Notes under the pieces: generated by a model
Database searches by the model: none
Told to the model about the DNA's origin: nothing
What the model saw: the letters and a program-made list of their open reading frames with translations, nothing else
Part shown: piece after piece, positions 18,901-28,995 of the stretch
How positions within the stretch are numbered: the stretch's first letter is position 1
Layout of the letters: each line of letters starts with the position of its first letter
Program-made: the position numbers and the translations under genes
From: a virus
Lineage: Duplodnaviria > Caudoviricetes
Direction: 5' to 3' (one strand)
Length of the DNA stretch: 64,000 nucleotides
IMG/VR virus record: IMGVR_UViG_3300032303_002515
Location: 26,840-90,839 of that record

Positions 18901-21900
18901 CGTTAGCGGAAAAACCGTTACGCTAAAGTCATACGGGAGTGCAAATATCTTCCTTTCGAAGAGCGCAGCGGTTTCTGGCACCCCAACCTGGAACGCAGCG
19001 ACCAAGGGGCTAACGGTAACTGCCACAGCACATCCATTCGCTGTCGGTGATTACGTTACTGTTTATTACGGCACTGGGTACGGTTCTGTGGTTTACCGAG
19101 AAAAGATTCTCTCAAAGACCGCCAACACATTTACGGTTGGCTTGCTAACCCAACCAAGCGCCGGATCATGGGCCGGCTACCGAGCGGCAACTGGGTACTC
19201 TTCTGCGTTTACTGCAAAGTCTTACACTTCTGCTGGCGGCGGAAGGGCAACATACACAGCAGCGTCTCATTCATTCTCGCAAGGAGACAGGGTTTCTGTC
19301 GCCAACGACATTGATGCGTGCGAGGTTGTATCCGTATCAAAAGATACCGTAGAGGTAATCGTCGGAGCAAACCCAATCAACGCCACTGGCACACTCGTTC
19401 TTGGGAAAGTTGACCAGCAGATACAAATTAACGATGTCTTAAGATATAGCACCGGCGGATCTTACGTTAAGGGGGTTGACTATGTTCTGCAGATTTCCGC
19501 ACTCAATCACGGATTTGTCAGAAACCCAAATTCTCTTATTGATATTATTCCAATAGACGTATTGCCAGAACTTGAACCCGAGGGCGGTGTTGCTAAAATT
19601 ATTAACGTGCTAAGCGCTGGGTCATTCTGGGTTGCCGCCGACGGACCAAGTGCGGCAACTTCTAAATATCAGATTACCCACTATAGCCAAAGCGGCACAA
19701 CAATAACGCTAACGCTAAGCCAATCGCACACAATGATTGTTGGAAATTCCGTACAGGTTGTCTTGGCCGGATCGGCGGCCCGATCCCCTAATCCTATAAC
19801 CCTTGGTGGGGAAAAAAAGATTACCGCAATCACCAGCACAACAATTAGCTACCTTGACAACACCTCTAGAACCATTGCGCAAATTGCAGTCGCAACGGGG
19901 ACAAACTCCGCAAGCCCCCTGCCGTTTGACATGGTTACCGACAGGGCGTTTGGTAACTTTTCCACAGAAACATCCTCTGCCCTGGGCGTCCTGATGTCAA
20001 GAATAGATGAAGGCCTTGTAGAGCATGAGGCAATTACCGTCAGTGGCGTTGGTGGCTCCCTGTACGACAGCACCGTCCCGCAAAGAGTTGGCGGCATTAA
20101 GCACTACGGCACCTCAACGTCAGAAAACCCTATGTCAATTTACTGGGAAACAAGCGGTCTTACCACGTTGTATTTTGCTGAAACGCTTTCTGAAGAGCTG
20201 TCTGCAGCGTTTGCAGAAGGAAGATCACTATACCTAGACATCAGCACTACCAATGTTGGGTACGAGCATAAGTTTGCCGGAATCCGAACCATCCTTAACT
20301 CCAGTGCGGTTACAAGTAACGACACGCACAATGATGACCGTGGAAAAACAGCTGGGCAGCCGTACATCCAATGGGTACAGGATAAGGCTCCAGCAAACGG
20401 CGCGTACACGGTTGCAGCGGGATCGGTAGTAAGCGCAGACATTATTCAATACGTAGACACGTCAAAAGCAACCGACTCCGAGCCGTATAGAATCTCTCAA
20501 CCAACACCCAAAAACAGAGTTCTTGGAAAGTTTAGTCAGAGTAAGCTTACCCATTGGGGATATCAAAATGGCGTGTTTCGATTTACTACACTAAAAAAGC
20601 ATGGCAGGGCAGCGGGTACAAAAGTTTACTTTGCCTCTATTGGGGAAATGATTCGGGCCAGTGCATGGAATTTTAATAACCTTGCACCAACTACATCTAA
20701 AAAGCCAATTAAGCTTGTTGGGAACGACGGCACGCAATTTACAATTACTGTAGGAGATGGCTCTTACAAGATTAAATCAATCCGCTGTACAAACCCGACA
20801 ACGGACAGAGATGCCTTTGAGGTAGAGCTATCAGAAGATTGCGCAGAGCTATACTTTCCAACACTTGGTTTTACCCTAAAGGGCACACTGGGAAGCCTGA
20901 TGAACAACACTAGCCTTTCTGGCATTGGTAGAATTAACGCAAGAAAGTTTACTTTTGAAACACAGTTTTCTGTTTCTGGAATTCTTGCAGGAGGGAAAGT
21001 TTTTGTAAGCGCCACGGCAAGCATTAATTTTAAAGAAGAGCCAAAAACCGCTTTTGCCACATACCCAACTGCCAGCTTTACAAACCAGGTCACAACAGGC
21101 ACCGTTCTCGATATTTGGTCCTCTGATTCCATTAAAACCCCTTTTGCCAAGAAGACAGGCGCGGAGGGAGTTTCAGACAGAAACTACGTAATGGACCTAA
21201 AGATCCCTAAGGGCGACGGCGGGGCTCTGGCAGAAATGTATTACTACGAATACCTTGCCCGGAATAGGAGTGGCTCGTACACTTGTAGCGCTGGGAGCTA
21301 CACGGTAACAACCGTCGAGCCGCACAACCTTGGTGATCGTCAGCCGGGTGTTGTCTTTACGCCAACGGGTGGTAGCCCAATCAACGTAAGCGCTATTGAC
21401 GACCCAGCAAAGCAACTAACAGTTACTGGCCCAAACAGCTTTACGTTTGTTCAAAACACTGCCACGGTAACAGCCTCAGCTGGTTGTGTGATTCAGACAA
21501 GGGCAGCATACGTCCCAAGCGCGACTACCCCGACCATGCCAAGAAATCCAAACGTCTACATTGGCGGAAGGTCCGCCCTTAACTTTGTAAAAGACAAGTG
21601 GAATCTTTTGCGGACTGATAAGTTTTACCCTTCCTTTGTTGCAGATGCCGTTGGGGACACAAGTGTAAATTACTACCAGTGGTGGACATTTATGATTCGC
21701 CCAAACACAGTAACTTCGGATATGAAGATATTGCAACGGGGCGGATACGACGGAACCTACATGGCGTTCGGGATTAATTCCTCTGGCCATCCTTTCGTTG
21801 AGTTAATTAGAGACTCTACCGGTGTTCCGGTAAAATATCCAATAAACAGTATAACTATTGAGGAAGAGGAAGAATGCGTACTGCAATTCATTGTCTCTAT

Positions 21901-24376
21901 TGACCCAACGTCTAGGGTTGCACAAATTGAAGCGCACAAAAACTTTGACGAAACCGGCACTACAACCAGCAATGCCGTTTTCTCGGCCGCTGGGGTCTCT
22001 ACCGACTTCCTGAACATTGAAGTAAACGGCAAGGGTCCGGGAACGGTTGTTGTTGGGGCTGGGGCAAGTGACGTTAACACCTACGAGGAGCCGTTTGATG
22101 GATACATTGCAGAGATTATCGGGTTTGACCGCCTTCCTATCTCTAGCCCAGAAAAAGAGGCGGAGCGTATGCGCGCTTGGCTGCTCCACAAGTATGGCCT
22201 TGCTTCGCTAATTGACCCCGACTATGAGCCAGACTACAGGGACATTAACAACGTTCCGAACATTAAACTTCCTGATTCTAAGCAGACCAAGAACGTAGAG
22301 TTTAGCGGTAGGACACTTCGCCAGGTTCTGGACTATATTTCGCAGAACAGCGGCGCTCAATTTTGGGTAGACAAAAACAAGCAATTGCATTACGCAAAAA
22401 TCTCTACCTCTAACCTTATTGAAAACCCAATGTTTGAAAACGACCGAGGCACCGGAACGATTAAGCATTGGAACGGAGCCAGCGATAATCACACCTTGGC
22501 AAAAGACGGCGCGGGTAAGTTTGATCGCACTGCTGGGCCATGGGGCTATGGTTATGCAATGAAGGCAAGCGGAACATCTGCCAGCTCTGTTTACTCAGAT
22601 TTTATTGTTGAGGGCCCGTCCGAAGAGGAGATTGTGGCCAATGACTTGTTCTTTGTTTCTGCTTACGTAAAGTCAAGCGACCCAACGCGTATGGCTGTCC
22701 GCGCTCATTTTTACTCGGCGGCAACCAATACGGTCGGTGCTGGCTATTCAAATAGCTCTGAGGATTTGTACGACGGCTGGTGCAACGTTGATGAATGGAG
22801 AAGGATCTGGAAGATTATTAAGGTTCCAGCTGGGAGCACTAAATTTACTATTGGGCTTCTTGCGCTTGCTGGCGCCACTTCCCAAACGCATTACTGGACA
22901 GACATCCGTGTGGTAAAAATCACAGGCGAGTTTGGTTTTGCCGACGAAGGAAACTACAGTCCGAATTCTTTGCTGTTAAACAGCGGGGAAACAAACTCGG
23001 ACATGCCGGTGCCTACCTATCCGTTTGAGTCTCCTGACAACATTCGAAGCGCTGGCGCTGCGGCAAACCGACTATATCTCTACACCACAATCCCAAACTC
23101 TGACGAAAATGGAATTACCACAACGGCAATTTCCGCAAACCAGGAAGTTCTGGAGTACACGTTTGATCACGTTCAGGGTGTTTGGAATTCTCACGGAAAA
23201 ATTGTTGAGGGCAGCAAGGCGGAAGAGGCAGCAAAAACTTTAAAGGAAGTTTCTGGTAAGGCGTCTGCCTTCTTTGCCGAAAGCGGACAGGCCTCTGCAA
23301 GCTATCAGTTTGAGCACCCAAACAACGGCATTCCTGGCTTGCTAACCCCAGGTTCGGTTGTTCCGTATCTGTGGTCTGAGGTTGATATCTGGGAGCCAAT
23401 GATTGTTAAAAGCCAAAGCACAAAGCTGATTGGCCCAGAGATGTATCACACGGTTACATTGCAGCAAGAGCCGGACTATCAGAAAAACGCGCTAGTGTTG
23501 ATTGGTAGAAGGCGCATTGCTGTTGACCTTGCTTCTGCTTCGCCGGCCACAGAGAGGCCTCCTGCGCCGCAAAGATTTATCGTTGAACCAAAAGACCCAG
23601 ACGGGCAGTCTGGCGGCGCGGTGGACACAGTCTTTGATATCCAATGGGCTTATCCGTTCGGGGACGCGGCGACTTCCGGCGTTGAGGCTGGCGGGTTTGA
23701 GATTCAAGTGCGTACGCGTGGGCGAAAGTTAATGACAATTAATAAGAAAAAGGCTGGTATTCTTAATACCAAGAAGGCAGTTGTTTGGTCGGAATCTGGC
23801 GGGAACCCACAGACACTCGTTTCTATCTTTGGAAAATATCCAGGCCTTGCGGCTGGTTCCGTTGTTCAAATTAGCGGCATACCCGAAGCCGCATCTAATA
23901 AGTTGATTACCACGGGCGTGACAATGAACGGCATATACAGAGTTCAAGAAGTGATTACAAGCGGGACAACTGTGATAGGATTTAGATACTACGTTATGAC
24001 CCCAGATGAATCTACCGAAGAGTCTGAGGAGCAATTTAAGCTTACCCCAGCCGGATACCTGCTTGGCAAGGCCATCCCTGCAGGTTTTATAGTCACATAC
24101 AGAAAAAAGCAGGGTGGCGCGTTTGGTAAGTGGCTTACCAGCACGGAGAAAACAATAGAAACCAAGGGTATCAATACAAGAGTCACATGGGACCCTGCGG
24201 AGCTTGCCACAGACGTTGCAACTGGCGATAAGGGAATAGACCAAGACTACCAATTCCGCATTCGCGCCATCGCAAAAGCCGGTGCAGAAAAAGCAGCAGT
24301 GTATAATTACTCAGATTGGACGCAGTACCCAATGGCGGACGATTACGTTTCCGTAGGCCTGGAGGCAACAACTTAA
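15938..24376 (+). CDS. Giant tail hub/tail-tip (minor tail) protein, 2,812 aa
   Basis: Follows TMP. Hub-like motifs (LFGGV...LTCADYTALLD; TLRQVLDYISQNSGAQFWVDKNKQLHY), many TAHxxxxGDxV beta-repeats, LamG-like region (~21.65-22.2 kb), CBM-like region (NLIENPMFE...YWTDIRVV), FN3-like C-terminus (PPAP...YQFRIRA...YSDW). Confidence 0.8.
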   Translation: MMNITKDLKVEIQPRFEGATDPLAFYDVTGRVDADAFEFTSSADGSTANADIGLYTLFPFSGKRWNEYAATEAKSIAEALLDPTFRFEIPLRSEIKISQSYGDLSKYYAVTHYSQSGTTVTLTLNKAHTLTVGKSIVVTLAGNTSRSPNPLTLGGQRTIIAVTSTTISYAETTSRTISQTAVASGINTAILYVQVTELLFGGVMMSVEEKRAGGVILQQLTCADYTALLDERVIDRYRVPQNTYGWELITGGDSYEAGKIGANKITISPSDVPSYTFTQIEYDADTQVSKASVKGPHNLRRNERFIYEDASRYEYQVVGLCEDITSYEITHYRRSGTTVTLTLNQPHTFIVGDSLKIILDDDASRSPDPLTLGGQQTVTAVTSTTISYVVTASGTISQIAVSAGINSAILYTSGIYYKVCNGSPQPITTNGQQFKIWNHQVSVDSAVDHQLQIGQAIMANNEWSGATGLWNGIAKLYSTQYIVDLIENSRKFFFVHRAATPVGTGSSPMTSGNIVSPFLASGYNPVGRKESTTVATFTTNVAHGLSSGSTVLISSVTYAQLAPWTGGFSAVTNVDGTWYTATVSDIPDAYNFQVLYSSSGGEAESRILYYDDGYPLEIQAITTSIFEAIRSTDPYNEKYDPLGVKYLENIQKVETVRYNPILRSWAPGYPENAYEDKDALDRITTVADFWAELSPTTNAYAFDPIVSTTTSNVKHVPKVAINAGRQKQHRLQNTFRADIDIVSGELIVTVANNFVEGDSFYLRKIEGLASGQSPAFKTYEVNENTTSSAIHADINAEDAVFTLSASATAEIVMLPTHDENTGTVRVYTSRHHAIQPGDSIKLNNFKIKNPDEFDGGAQDNEFIVESINSKLNNNSINFSSINLSVGAEDPGLTLYPSQDTPSEVTTFEEGAQFLTTRTKRYRIIHARKESGIVELTSVIAEVIVGYEIVDSNKIKLTLSVEADSYSTNQVVRILGMIPPFSGLYSVYAVSGKTVTLKSYGSANIFLSKSAAVSGTPTWNAATKGLTVTATAHPFAVGDYVTVYYGTGYGSVVYREKILSKTANTFTVGLLTQPSAGSWAGYRAATGYSSAFTAKSYTSAGGGRATYTAASHSFSQGDRVSVANDIDACEVVSVSKDTVEVIVGANPINATGTLVLGKVDQQIQINDVLRYSTGGSYVKGVDYVLQISALNHGFVRNPNSLIDIIPIDVLPELEPEGGVAKIINVLSAGSFWVAADGPSAATSKYQITHYSQSGTTITLTLSQSHTMIVGNSVQVVLAGSAARSPNPITLGGEKKITAITSTTISYLDNTSRTIAQIAVATGTNSASPLPFDMVTDRAFGNFSTETSSALGVLMSRIDEGLVEHEAITVSGVGGSLYDSTVPQRVGGIKHYGTSTSENPMSIYWETSGLTTLYFAETLSEELSAAFAEGRSLYLDISTTNVGYEHKFAGIRTILNSSAVTSNDTHNDDRGKTAGQPYIQWVQDKAPANGAYTVAAGSVVSADIIQYVDTSKATDSEPYRISQPTPKNRVLGKFSQSKLTHWGYQNGVFRFTTLKKHGRAAGTKVYFASIGEMIRASAWNFNNLAPTTSKKPIKLVGNDGTQFTITVGDGSYKIKSIRCTNPTTDRDAFEVELSEDCAELYFPTLGFTLKGTLGSLMNNTSLSGIGRINARKFTFETQFSVSGILAGGKVFVSATASINFKEEPKTAFATYPTASFTNQVTTGTVLDIWSSDSIKTPFAKKTGAEGVSDRNYVMDLKIPKGDGGALAEMYYYEYLARNRSGSYTCSAGSYTVTTVEPHNLGDRQPGVVFTPTGGSPINVSAIDDPAKQLTVTGPNSFTFVQNTATVTASAGCVIQTRAAYVPSATTPTMPRNPNVYIGGRSALNFVKDKWNLLRTDKFYPSFVADAVGDTSVNYYQWWTFMIRPNTVTSDMKILQRGGYDGTYMAFGINSSGHPFVELIRDSTGVPVKYPINSITIEEEEECVLQFIVSIDPTSRVAQIEAHKNFDETGTTTSNAVFSAAGVSTDFLNIEVNGKGPGTVVVGAGASDVNTYEEPFDGYIAEIIGFDRLPISSPEKEAERMRAWLLHKYGLASLIDPDYEPDYRDINNVPNIKLPDSKQTKNVEFSGRTLRQVLDYISQNSGAQFWVDKNKQLHYAKISTSNLIENPMFENDRGTGTIKHWNGASDNHTLAKDGAGKFDRTAGPWGYGYAMKASGTSASSVYSDFIVEGPSEEEIVANDLFFVSAYVKSSDPTRMAVRAHFYSAATNTVGAGYSNSSEDLYDGWCNVDEWRRIWKIIKVPAGSTKFTIGLLALAGATSQTHYWTDIRVVKITGEFGFADEGNYSPNSLLLNSGETNSDMPVPTYPFESPDNIRSAGAAANRLYLYTTIPNSDENGITTTAISANQEVLEYTFDHVQGVWNSHGKIVEGSKAEEAAKTLKEVSGKASAFFAESGQASASYQFEHPNNGIPGLLTPGSVVPYLWSEVDIWEPMIVKSQSTKLIGPEMYHTVTLQQEPDYQKNALVLIGRRRIAVDLASASPATERPPAPQRFIVEPKDPDGQSGGAVDTVFDIQWAYPFGDAATSGVEAGGFEIQVRTRGRKLMTINKKKAGILNTKKAVVWSESGGNPQTLVSIFGKYPGLAAGSVVQISGIPEAASNKLITTGVTMNGIYRVQEVITSGTTVIGFRYYVMTPDESTEESEEQFKLTPAGYLLGKAIPAGFIVTYRKKQGGAFGKWLTSTEKTIETKGINTRVTWDPAELATDVATGDKGIDQDYQFRIRAIAKAGAEKAAVYNYSDWTQYPMADDYVSVGLEATT
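16259..19921 (+). repeat. Three dispersed ~85-aa repeats in hub protein
   Basis: YxxTHYxxSGTTxTLTLxxxHTxxVGxSxxxxL...RSPxPxTLGGxxxxxAxTSTTISY starting at ~16259, ~16916, ~19667. Confidence 0.9.
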
Positions 24377-24377
24377 T

Positions 24378-27300
24378 ATGGTAATGCAAAGAATATCTGG
24401 AAAGAAGAAGCGGACAGTTTTCCGCAGTGACCCCGTGTCCTCTGCTGGTCAGTCTGTTTCTGGCCTATCAATAGACGGGCCAAATATAACCATTGTTAAC
24501 CCTGCGCCAACGCAGGACTCATCAGGAAAAGTTGTCTCTGCTGGCACCCCCATCCTTTCAGTTGGCGTCAACGAGGCAACCATTAACGCCTCTTACATTA
24601 AGACAGGCGTGCTCGACGCAAACCTAATGCGCACAGGGCAGATACAAACTATTGCATCGTGGAACAGCCGCTCCTACGGCTCTGACCTTGATGCCATTGA
24701 GGCCCAGCAAGGCTTTACTGGCGGCTATGTGTACCTACAGGACTGGTCAACGGTCTCGGAAAACACGGTCTATGCAGAGTTTGCCCCGTGGGGAACCTAC
24801 GAGTCTGGCACCACTACCGCCACCGTTGGGGCAAGCACAATGTTTTCGGTTGGCGATTATGTTCGAGTCACGGGCGCATACTTTGGTGATCCCGACCAGC
24901 TGACTAGGTCTGTTGGCTTTAACGCAAACGTTGGAATCATTGATCAGCAGGATGGCCCACTCGGCTACGGAGAAATTGTTGCGGTAGATACGGTAGGAAC
25001 CGGCGTCACCTACACGGTAACGAGCACCAGTAAGTCCACGCTTGACTCAGGCCTGGTGGCCAAGAGCCAGCAGTACATCCCGACTATGTCCAAGGCAAAC
25101 CAAATTCTCTCAATTGATGCGCAGAGAATATCTGGACCAAACCCAGCAGGAATTTACTCTGTATTTGTTACAACATCCATGCCACATGACTTTGTTGTGG
25201 GCGATTACATTGAGCTCGCTTCGTGTGGCCCTGTATACTCTGGCGTTTGGTACGTTGTCAGCACCCCGTCTAACAATACGTTTGTCTTCCGTCATCGCTT
25301 TAACCTTGACTTTGGTGCGGTCATCTCCTCCGAGTCGCTTCCGTCCATTGACGCCCCCGTGGCGATCCGCGTGCGCAAGGCATACTCCGTCACGTCAAAC
25401 GGCGACCTGACCTCTGCCTCATTAAACATCCGCACGGCCAAGACCCAGGATGGCGGCGAGCCGGTCTTCCAGGTGCTCAATGACAGCATTGTTATCCGCA
25501 AGCCAGACGGAAGCATTCTCCTTGGGGTAACCGCTGGCGGTTCGTTTATTGACATTGGCACAGTAACTGCGGACGAGGTTATTGTGGGCGGAGACATCAA
25601 TGCAAACCAGGTTGTGCGCGCCGGCAACTACCCAAACGCTATCTCCCCAACGTTCCAGGGTATCTGGGCAGGAAATGCCACACCGGCCTCCGCAGAGTTC
25701 TCCGTTGACCTTGACGGCAATCTTGTCGCAAGCAACGCAAACATTACAGGAACGGTTCGCGCATCCTCTGGTCAGATTGGCGGCTTCACCATTGGGGCGA
25801 CTGCCCTAACCGCCACCAACATCGTGGCAAACAGCTCTGGTTACGTTAGCGTTGGCTCTGGCAATAACGTGGCGGTGATGAGCGGGGCAGATGCTAACTA
25901 TCGCTTCTGGGCTGGCAACTCAAACGCCGCTACGGCAAACTTCGTGGTGGACAAGGCTGGAAACATTACCGCGCGTTCTTTCAGCCTGACAGGCATTGGA
26001 AGCATTAGCGCCATTAACGCCATTACCGTATCCGATGTTCTTGGTGCGGGAGTAGTCACTAACGCAAAAATTGCTACTGTTTCTGCTGATAAGATCCAAA
26101 CTAATACCCTGACCCTAAGCGGCCTTAGTGCCGCAGCAATCACATCAACAAATTTTGTTGTTACCAATACTGGTTCGGTAACTGCTTCTGACATAACCTT
26201 AAGCAACTCAGACTCTGTGACTGTTGGCGCCTCTCAGGTTGGCTCTATTAACGTTAAGCCGCAACCAGTCGGCAGCACAAACGTTGGTGGCGCGCTATTT
26301 ACTGTTTGGTCTAATGCTAAGCAAAACTCTGCGGTAAATACTGTTTCTTATTCTTCTTTTAACATTAGCACTATTACCGGCGGAACAACTGTTGGCGCAA
26401 CCTGGACCGTCACAACAACAACTGCTCACGATATTGGGGTAGGCCAATACGTATCATTTACCGGCCTATCTGGTGGAACAGGACTCAGCGCCTGGTCTCA
26501 GGTTTGTACTCAAAATGGAGCGGTTCGAGTCACTGCTTCATCTAGCAGCACGACATTCCAATTTAAGTCCCCATACGCTTTTGCTGCACCAACAACTTCA
26601 CAACCAAAAGTCTATGGATACAAAACATTAACCCTTGTTGCTCCAGGTGGCGTATTTATCGCTGATGCAATTAATTCAACACTAAGCCCCGGCATGATTG
26701 GCGTTGGGTCTATTGCGCTTGGTTCCAACTTTGAAAGCATTGGCGGCGACTCAGCTACGTCTGGCATTGATGGAACACCAAAGCCCGCAGATGGAGAAAT
26801 AGTTTTCACCTCTGCAACAACAAATCCAATATACGACGGCGGGGGAAACTTGTATTCCTCTGACGGAGCAACCACCATAAACACAAGCGGGGCATTTACT
26901 GCCGGTTCTCATATTACGGGCGACCGTTTATATGCTAACGGATATCTTTACACTTATCACGGTGGTTTGTATCTGCGTGGCGGAACCGTAAACCCAACAA
27001 TTTATTTTAGAAACTCAGCAAATACGGATTTAGGAAACATTACGCATAACGGTACATATTTACAGGTTAGCGACAGGATGGATGTTGCTGGGGCTTTGAA
27101 CTCTAGCAGCACAGGAAACTTTAGTGGTTTGATTACCGCAACTGGCGGAGTTACCGCTAACGGGGTGACGCTCAATGGTACCTACGACTTAAACGCTTAT
27201 GGCTCAGGAAGCTCTATTTATATCAATCAAACAGCGGGCATTTACTTTACTGACACTTCAAAAAACGTTCAAAGCAACTTGTACTACGTTACTGGTTCCG

Positions 27301-27749
27301 CTGCTGGCTGGCGACTTACTGGCGTGCAAGCAGTGGGAACTGTTGCGGCATATTGGAGCGCCAACGCAACAACTGCGTATCTTGGCCGCCTAAGCTCTTC
27401 GCGTAGGTATAAAGAGAATATTTCTTATACCGATTTTGACATTGAGGACATTGTAAAGTTGCGCCCAGCAAACTTCACAGTCAAAGAAGAATTTAGAGCC
27501 AACATAGAAGACGAAGACGGTAATCCAACTGGCGAAAAGGAACCGGCAAAAACCAAACTGGGTATTATTGCAGAAGATGGCGAAGATAATCCTGCTTGGG
27601 AAGATCTTGTTATCAAAAACGAAGATGGTCAAACAGATTCATGGGCCTACCAGCACATGGGCGTTGTGCTCCTTTCGGCAGTGCGCACTCTTTACGCCCA
27701 AAACAAGGCGTTAGAGGCCCGAATCGCAGAACTAGAGGCGCGTGAATAA
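24378..27749 (+). CDS. Tail fibre/receptor-binding protein with C-terminal intramolecular chaperone (peptidase S74-like)
   Basis: Beta-rich Gly/Thr/Ser body; C-terminal SSRRYKENI...LRP...LGIIAED...LLSAVRTLYAQNKALEARIAELE. Confidence 0.85.
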   Translation: MVMQRISGKKKRTVFRSDPVSSAGQSVSGLSIDGPNITIVNPAPTQDSSGKVVSAGTPILSVGVNEATINASYIKTGVLDANLMRTGQIQTIASWNSRSYGSDLDAIEAQQGFTGGYVYLQDWSTVSENTVYAEFAPWGTYESGTTTATVGASTMFSVGDYVRVTGAYFGDPDQLTRSVGFNANVGIIDQQDGPLGYGEIVAVDTVGTGVTYTVTSTSKSTLDSGLVAKSQQYIPTMSKANQILSIDAQRISGPNPAGIYSVFVTTSMPHDFVVGDYIELASCGPVYSGVWYVVSTPSNNTFVFRHRFNLDFGAVISSESLPSIDAPVAIRVRKAYSVTSNGDLTSASLNIRTAKTQDGGEPVFQVLNDSIVIRKPDGSILLGVTAGGSFIDIGTVTADEVIVGGDINANQVVRAGNYPNAISPTFQGIWAGNATPASAEFSVDLDGNLVASNANITGTVRASSGQIGGFTIGATALTATNIVANSSGYVSVGSGNNVAVMSGADANYRFWAGNSNAATANFVVDKAGNITARSFSLTGIGSISAINAITVSDVLGAGVVTNAKIATVSADKIQTNTLTLSGLSAAAITSTNFVVTNTGSVTASDITLSNSDSVTVGASQVGSINVKPQPVGSTNVGGALFTVWSNAKQNSAVNTVSYSSFNISTITGGTTVGATWTVTTTTAHDIGVGQYVSFTGLSGGTGLSAWSQVCTQNGAVRVTASSSSTTFQFKSPYAFAAPTTSQPKVYGYKTLTLVAPGGVFIADAINSTLSPGMIGVGSIALGSNFESIGGDSATSGIDGTPKPADGEIVFTSATTNPIYDGGGNLYSSDGATTINTSGAFTAGSHITGDRLYANGYLYTYHGGLYLRGGTVNPTIYFRNSANTDLGNITHNGTYLQVSDRMDVAGALNSSSTGNFSGLITATGGVTANGVTLNGTYDLNAYGSGSSIYINQTAGIYFTDTSKNVQSNLYYVTGSAAGWRLTGVQAVGTVAAYWSANATTAYLGRLSSSRRYKENISYTDFDIEDIVKLRPANFTVKEEFRANIEDEDGNPTGEKEPAKTKLGIIAEDGEDNPAWEDLVIKNEDGQTDSWAYQHMGVVLLSAVRTLYAQNKALEARIAELEARE

Positions 27750-27811
27750 ATAACAACCTCCAGGTAAAATACTGTAAGCCCAAGAGAGGGCAATTCAGTA
27801 TGGAGGTTCTT

Positions 27812-28549
27812 ATGGGAGTTCAGTTTAGGGTTAAGTCACAGCTTGACCACGAGGAAAAGGGCGGCATTCTTGATGACTGCGGTCCATCGTCTATAGCAGC
27901 ATGCGTTTCCTGGGTGAACAAGTATGCCCCAGGCGGAGACTTTTCCGCAGGAGATGGCATTGCCGCCAAGGCAAAGGCTACTGGGTTTGTTGAGAAGCAG
28001 GGCGTAAGCGACAACGGCTCTACCCTTGGCGATCTTATTCTCACAGCACGTCAGCTTGGCGCAAAGGCGCGCTGGGCCAAGGACTGGAACGACGTCATTA
28101 CTAGCGCCAAGAAGGGTGCTGCAATTGGCGTCTGGGTTGAGCAGCCATTTGGCTACCCAAAGGACCTTGAAGTGTCCGAGTGGCATGCAAAGTGGCAGCG
28201 TTGGTGGTGGGTCAAGCAGAAGCAGCCTACCCGAACCTACGGTCACATGACTGCCGCAGTATGGGATGCAGAGCTTGGATGGCAGTGGGCATGCCCAACG
28301 CGATCCGGCAAGGGCAAGGAGCAGTTCGGCGTGCGCATCAGCGAGGAGACCCTGCTGAAGCTTTGCGACAGCAAGCGCCTCTCAAAGAAGCACGTTGCCC
28401 CAGCATTCAAGCACACCATCATCATTGAGGCGGGCACCGTTGTGGCTGCTGCGCCAGTACCAACTCCAGCACCAACCCCAGCGCCTGCGCCAGTTCCGGT
28501 TAAGCCGGTTCCTTGCCCAGCCTGCGGCGGCACTGGCATCAAGAAGTAA
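27812..28549 (+). CDS. Putative endolysin, peptidase C39-like
   Basis: SQL...DDCGPSSIA catalytic Cys, YGHM His; next to holin; GGAGG RBS before ATG 27812. Confidence 0.65.
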   Translation: MGVQFRVKSQLDHEEKGGILDDCGPSSIAACVSWVNKYAPGGDFSAGDGIAAKAKATGFVEKQGVSDNGSTLGDLILTARQLGAKARWAKDWNDVITSAKKGAAIGVWVEQPFGYPKDLEVSEWHAKWQRWWWVKQKQPTRTYGHMTAAVWDAELGWQWACPTRSGKGKEQFGVRISEETLLKLCDSKRLSKKHVAPAFKHTIIIEAGTVVAAAPVPTPAPTPAPAPVPVKPVPCPACGGTGIKK

Positions 28550-28563
28550 TTAGGAGGTTCATT

Positions 28564-28944
28564 ATGAGCGCAATTGGCACAAAGATTAAGTGGATTTTTG
28601 ACAACACGGGTGTAGACGAAGCGCTTCTTGAAGCGTTCCGCGTTGGACTTGCTACCGGCATTGCCGTGATGCTTGCCACCGGCGCCCCAATCCTTGACAT
28701 GAGCAACGACGACTTCCGAACTGTTGCCTCGGGTGCCATTGCGGCAACCCTCCAGGTGATCGTCCGAGCCCTCAACCCAGAGGACACAAAGTTTGGCGTC
28801 GGCAAGGTAAAGGTTGCCCGCGAAGAGGCAGCAAGCACCGCGCACATCCAGGGGTCAGCAATTGACACCGACGGCGATGGCATCCCTGATGAGCTTGCTG
28901 GCACCCTTGCTGGCGAGACGTGGGACGAAGAGGCCGCAAAGTAA
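28564..28944 (+). CDS. Putative holin
   Basis: Two hydrophobic segments, VRALNPEDTKFG motif as in actinophage-type holins, follows endolysin; RBS GGAGG. Confidence 0.6.
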   Translation: MSAIGTKIKWIFDNTGVDEALLEAFRVGLATGIAVMLATGAPILDMSNDDFRTVASGAIAATLQVIVRALNPEDTKFGVGKVKVAREEAASTAHIQGSAIDTDGDGIPDELAGTLAGETWDEEAAK

Positions 28945-28995
28945 TGTGGTATACTTGCCTCACGGCAAAAAGCCGCAAGTACAAGGAGGCCAGTA

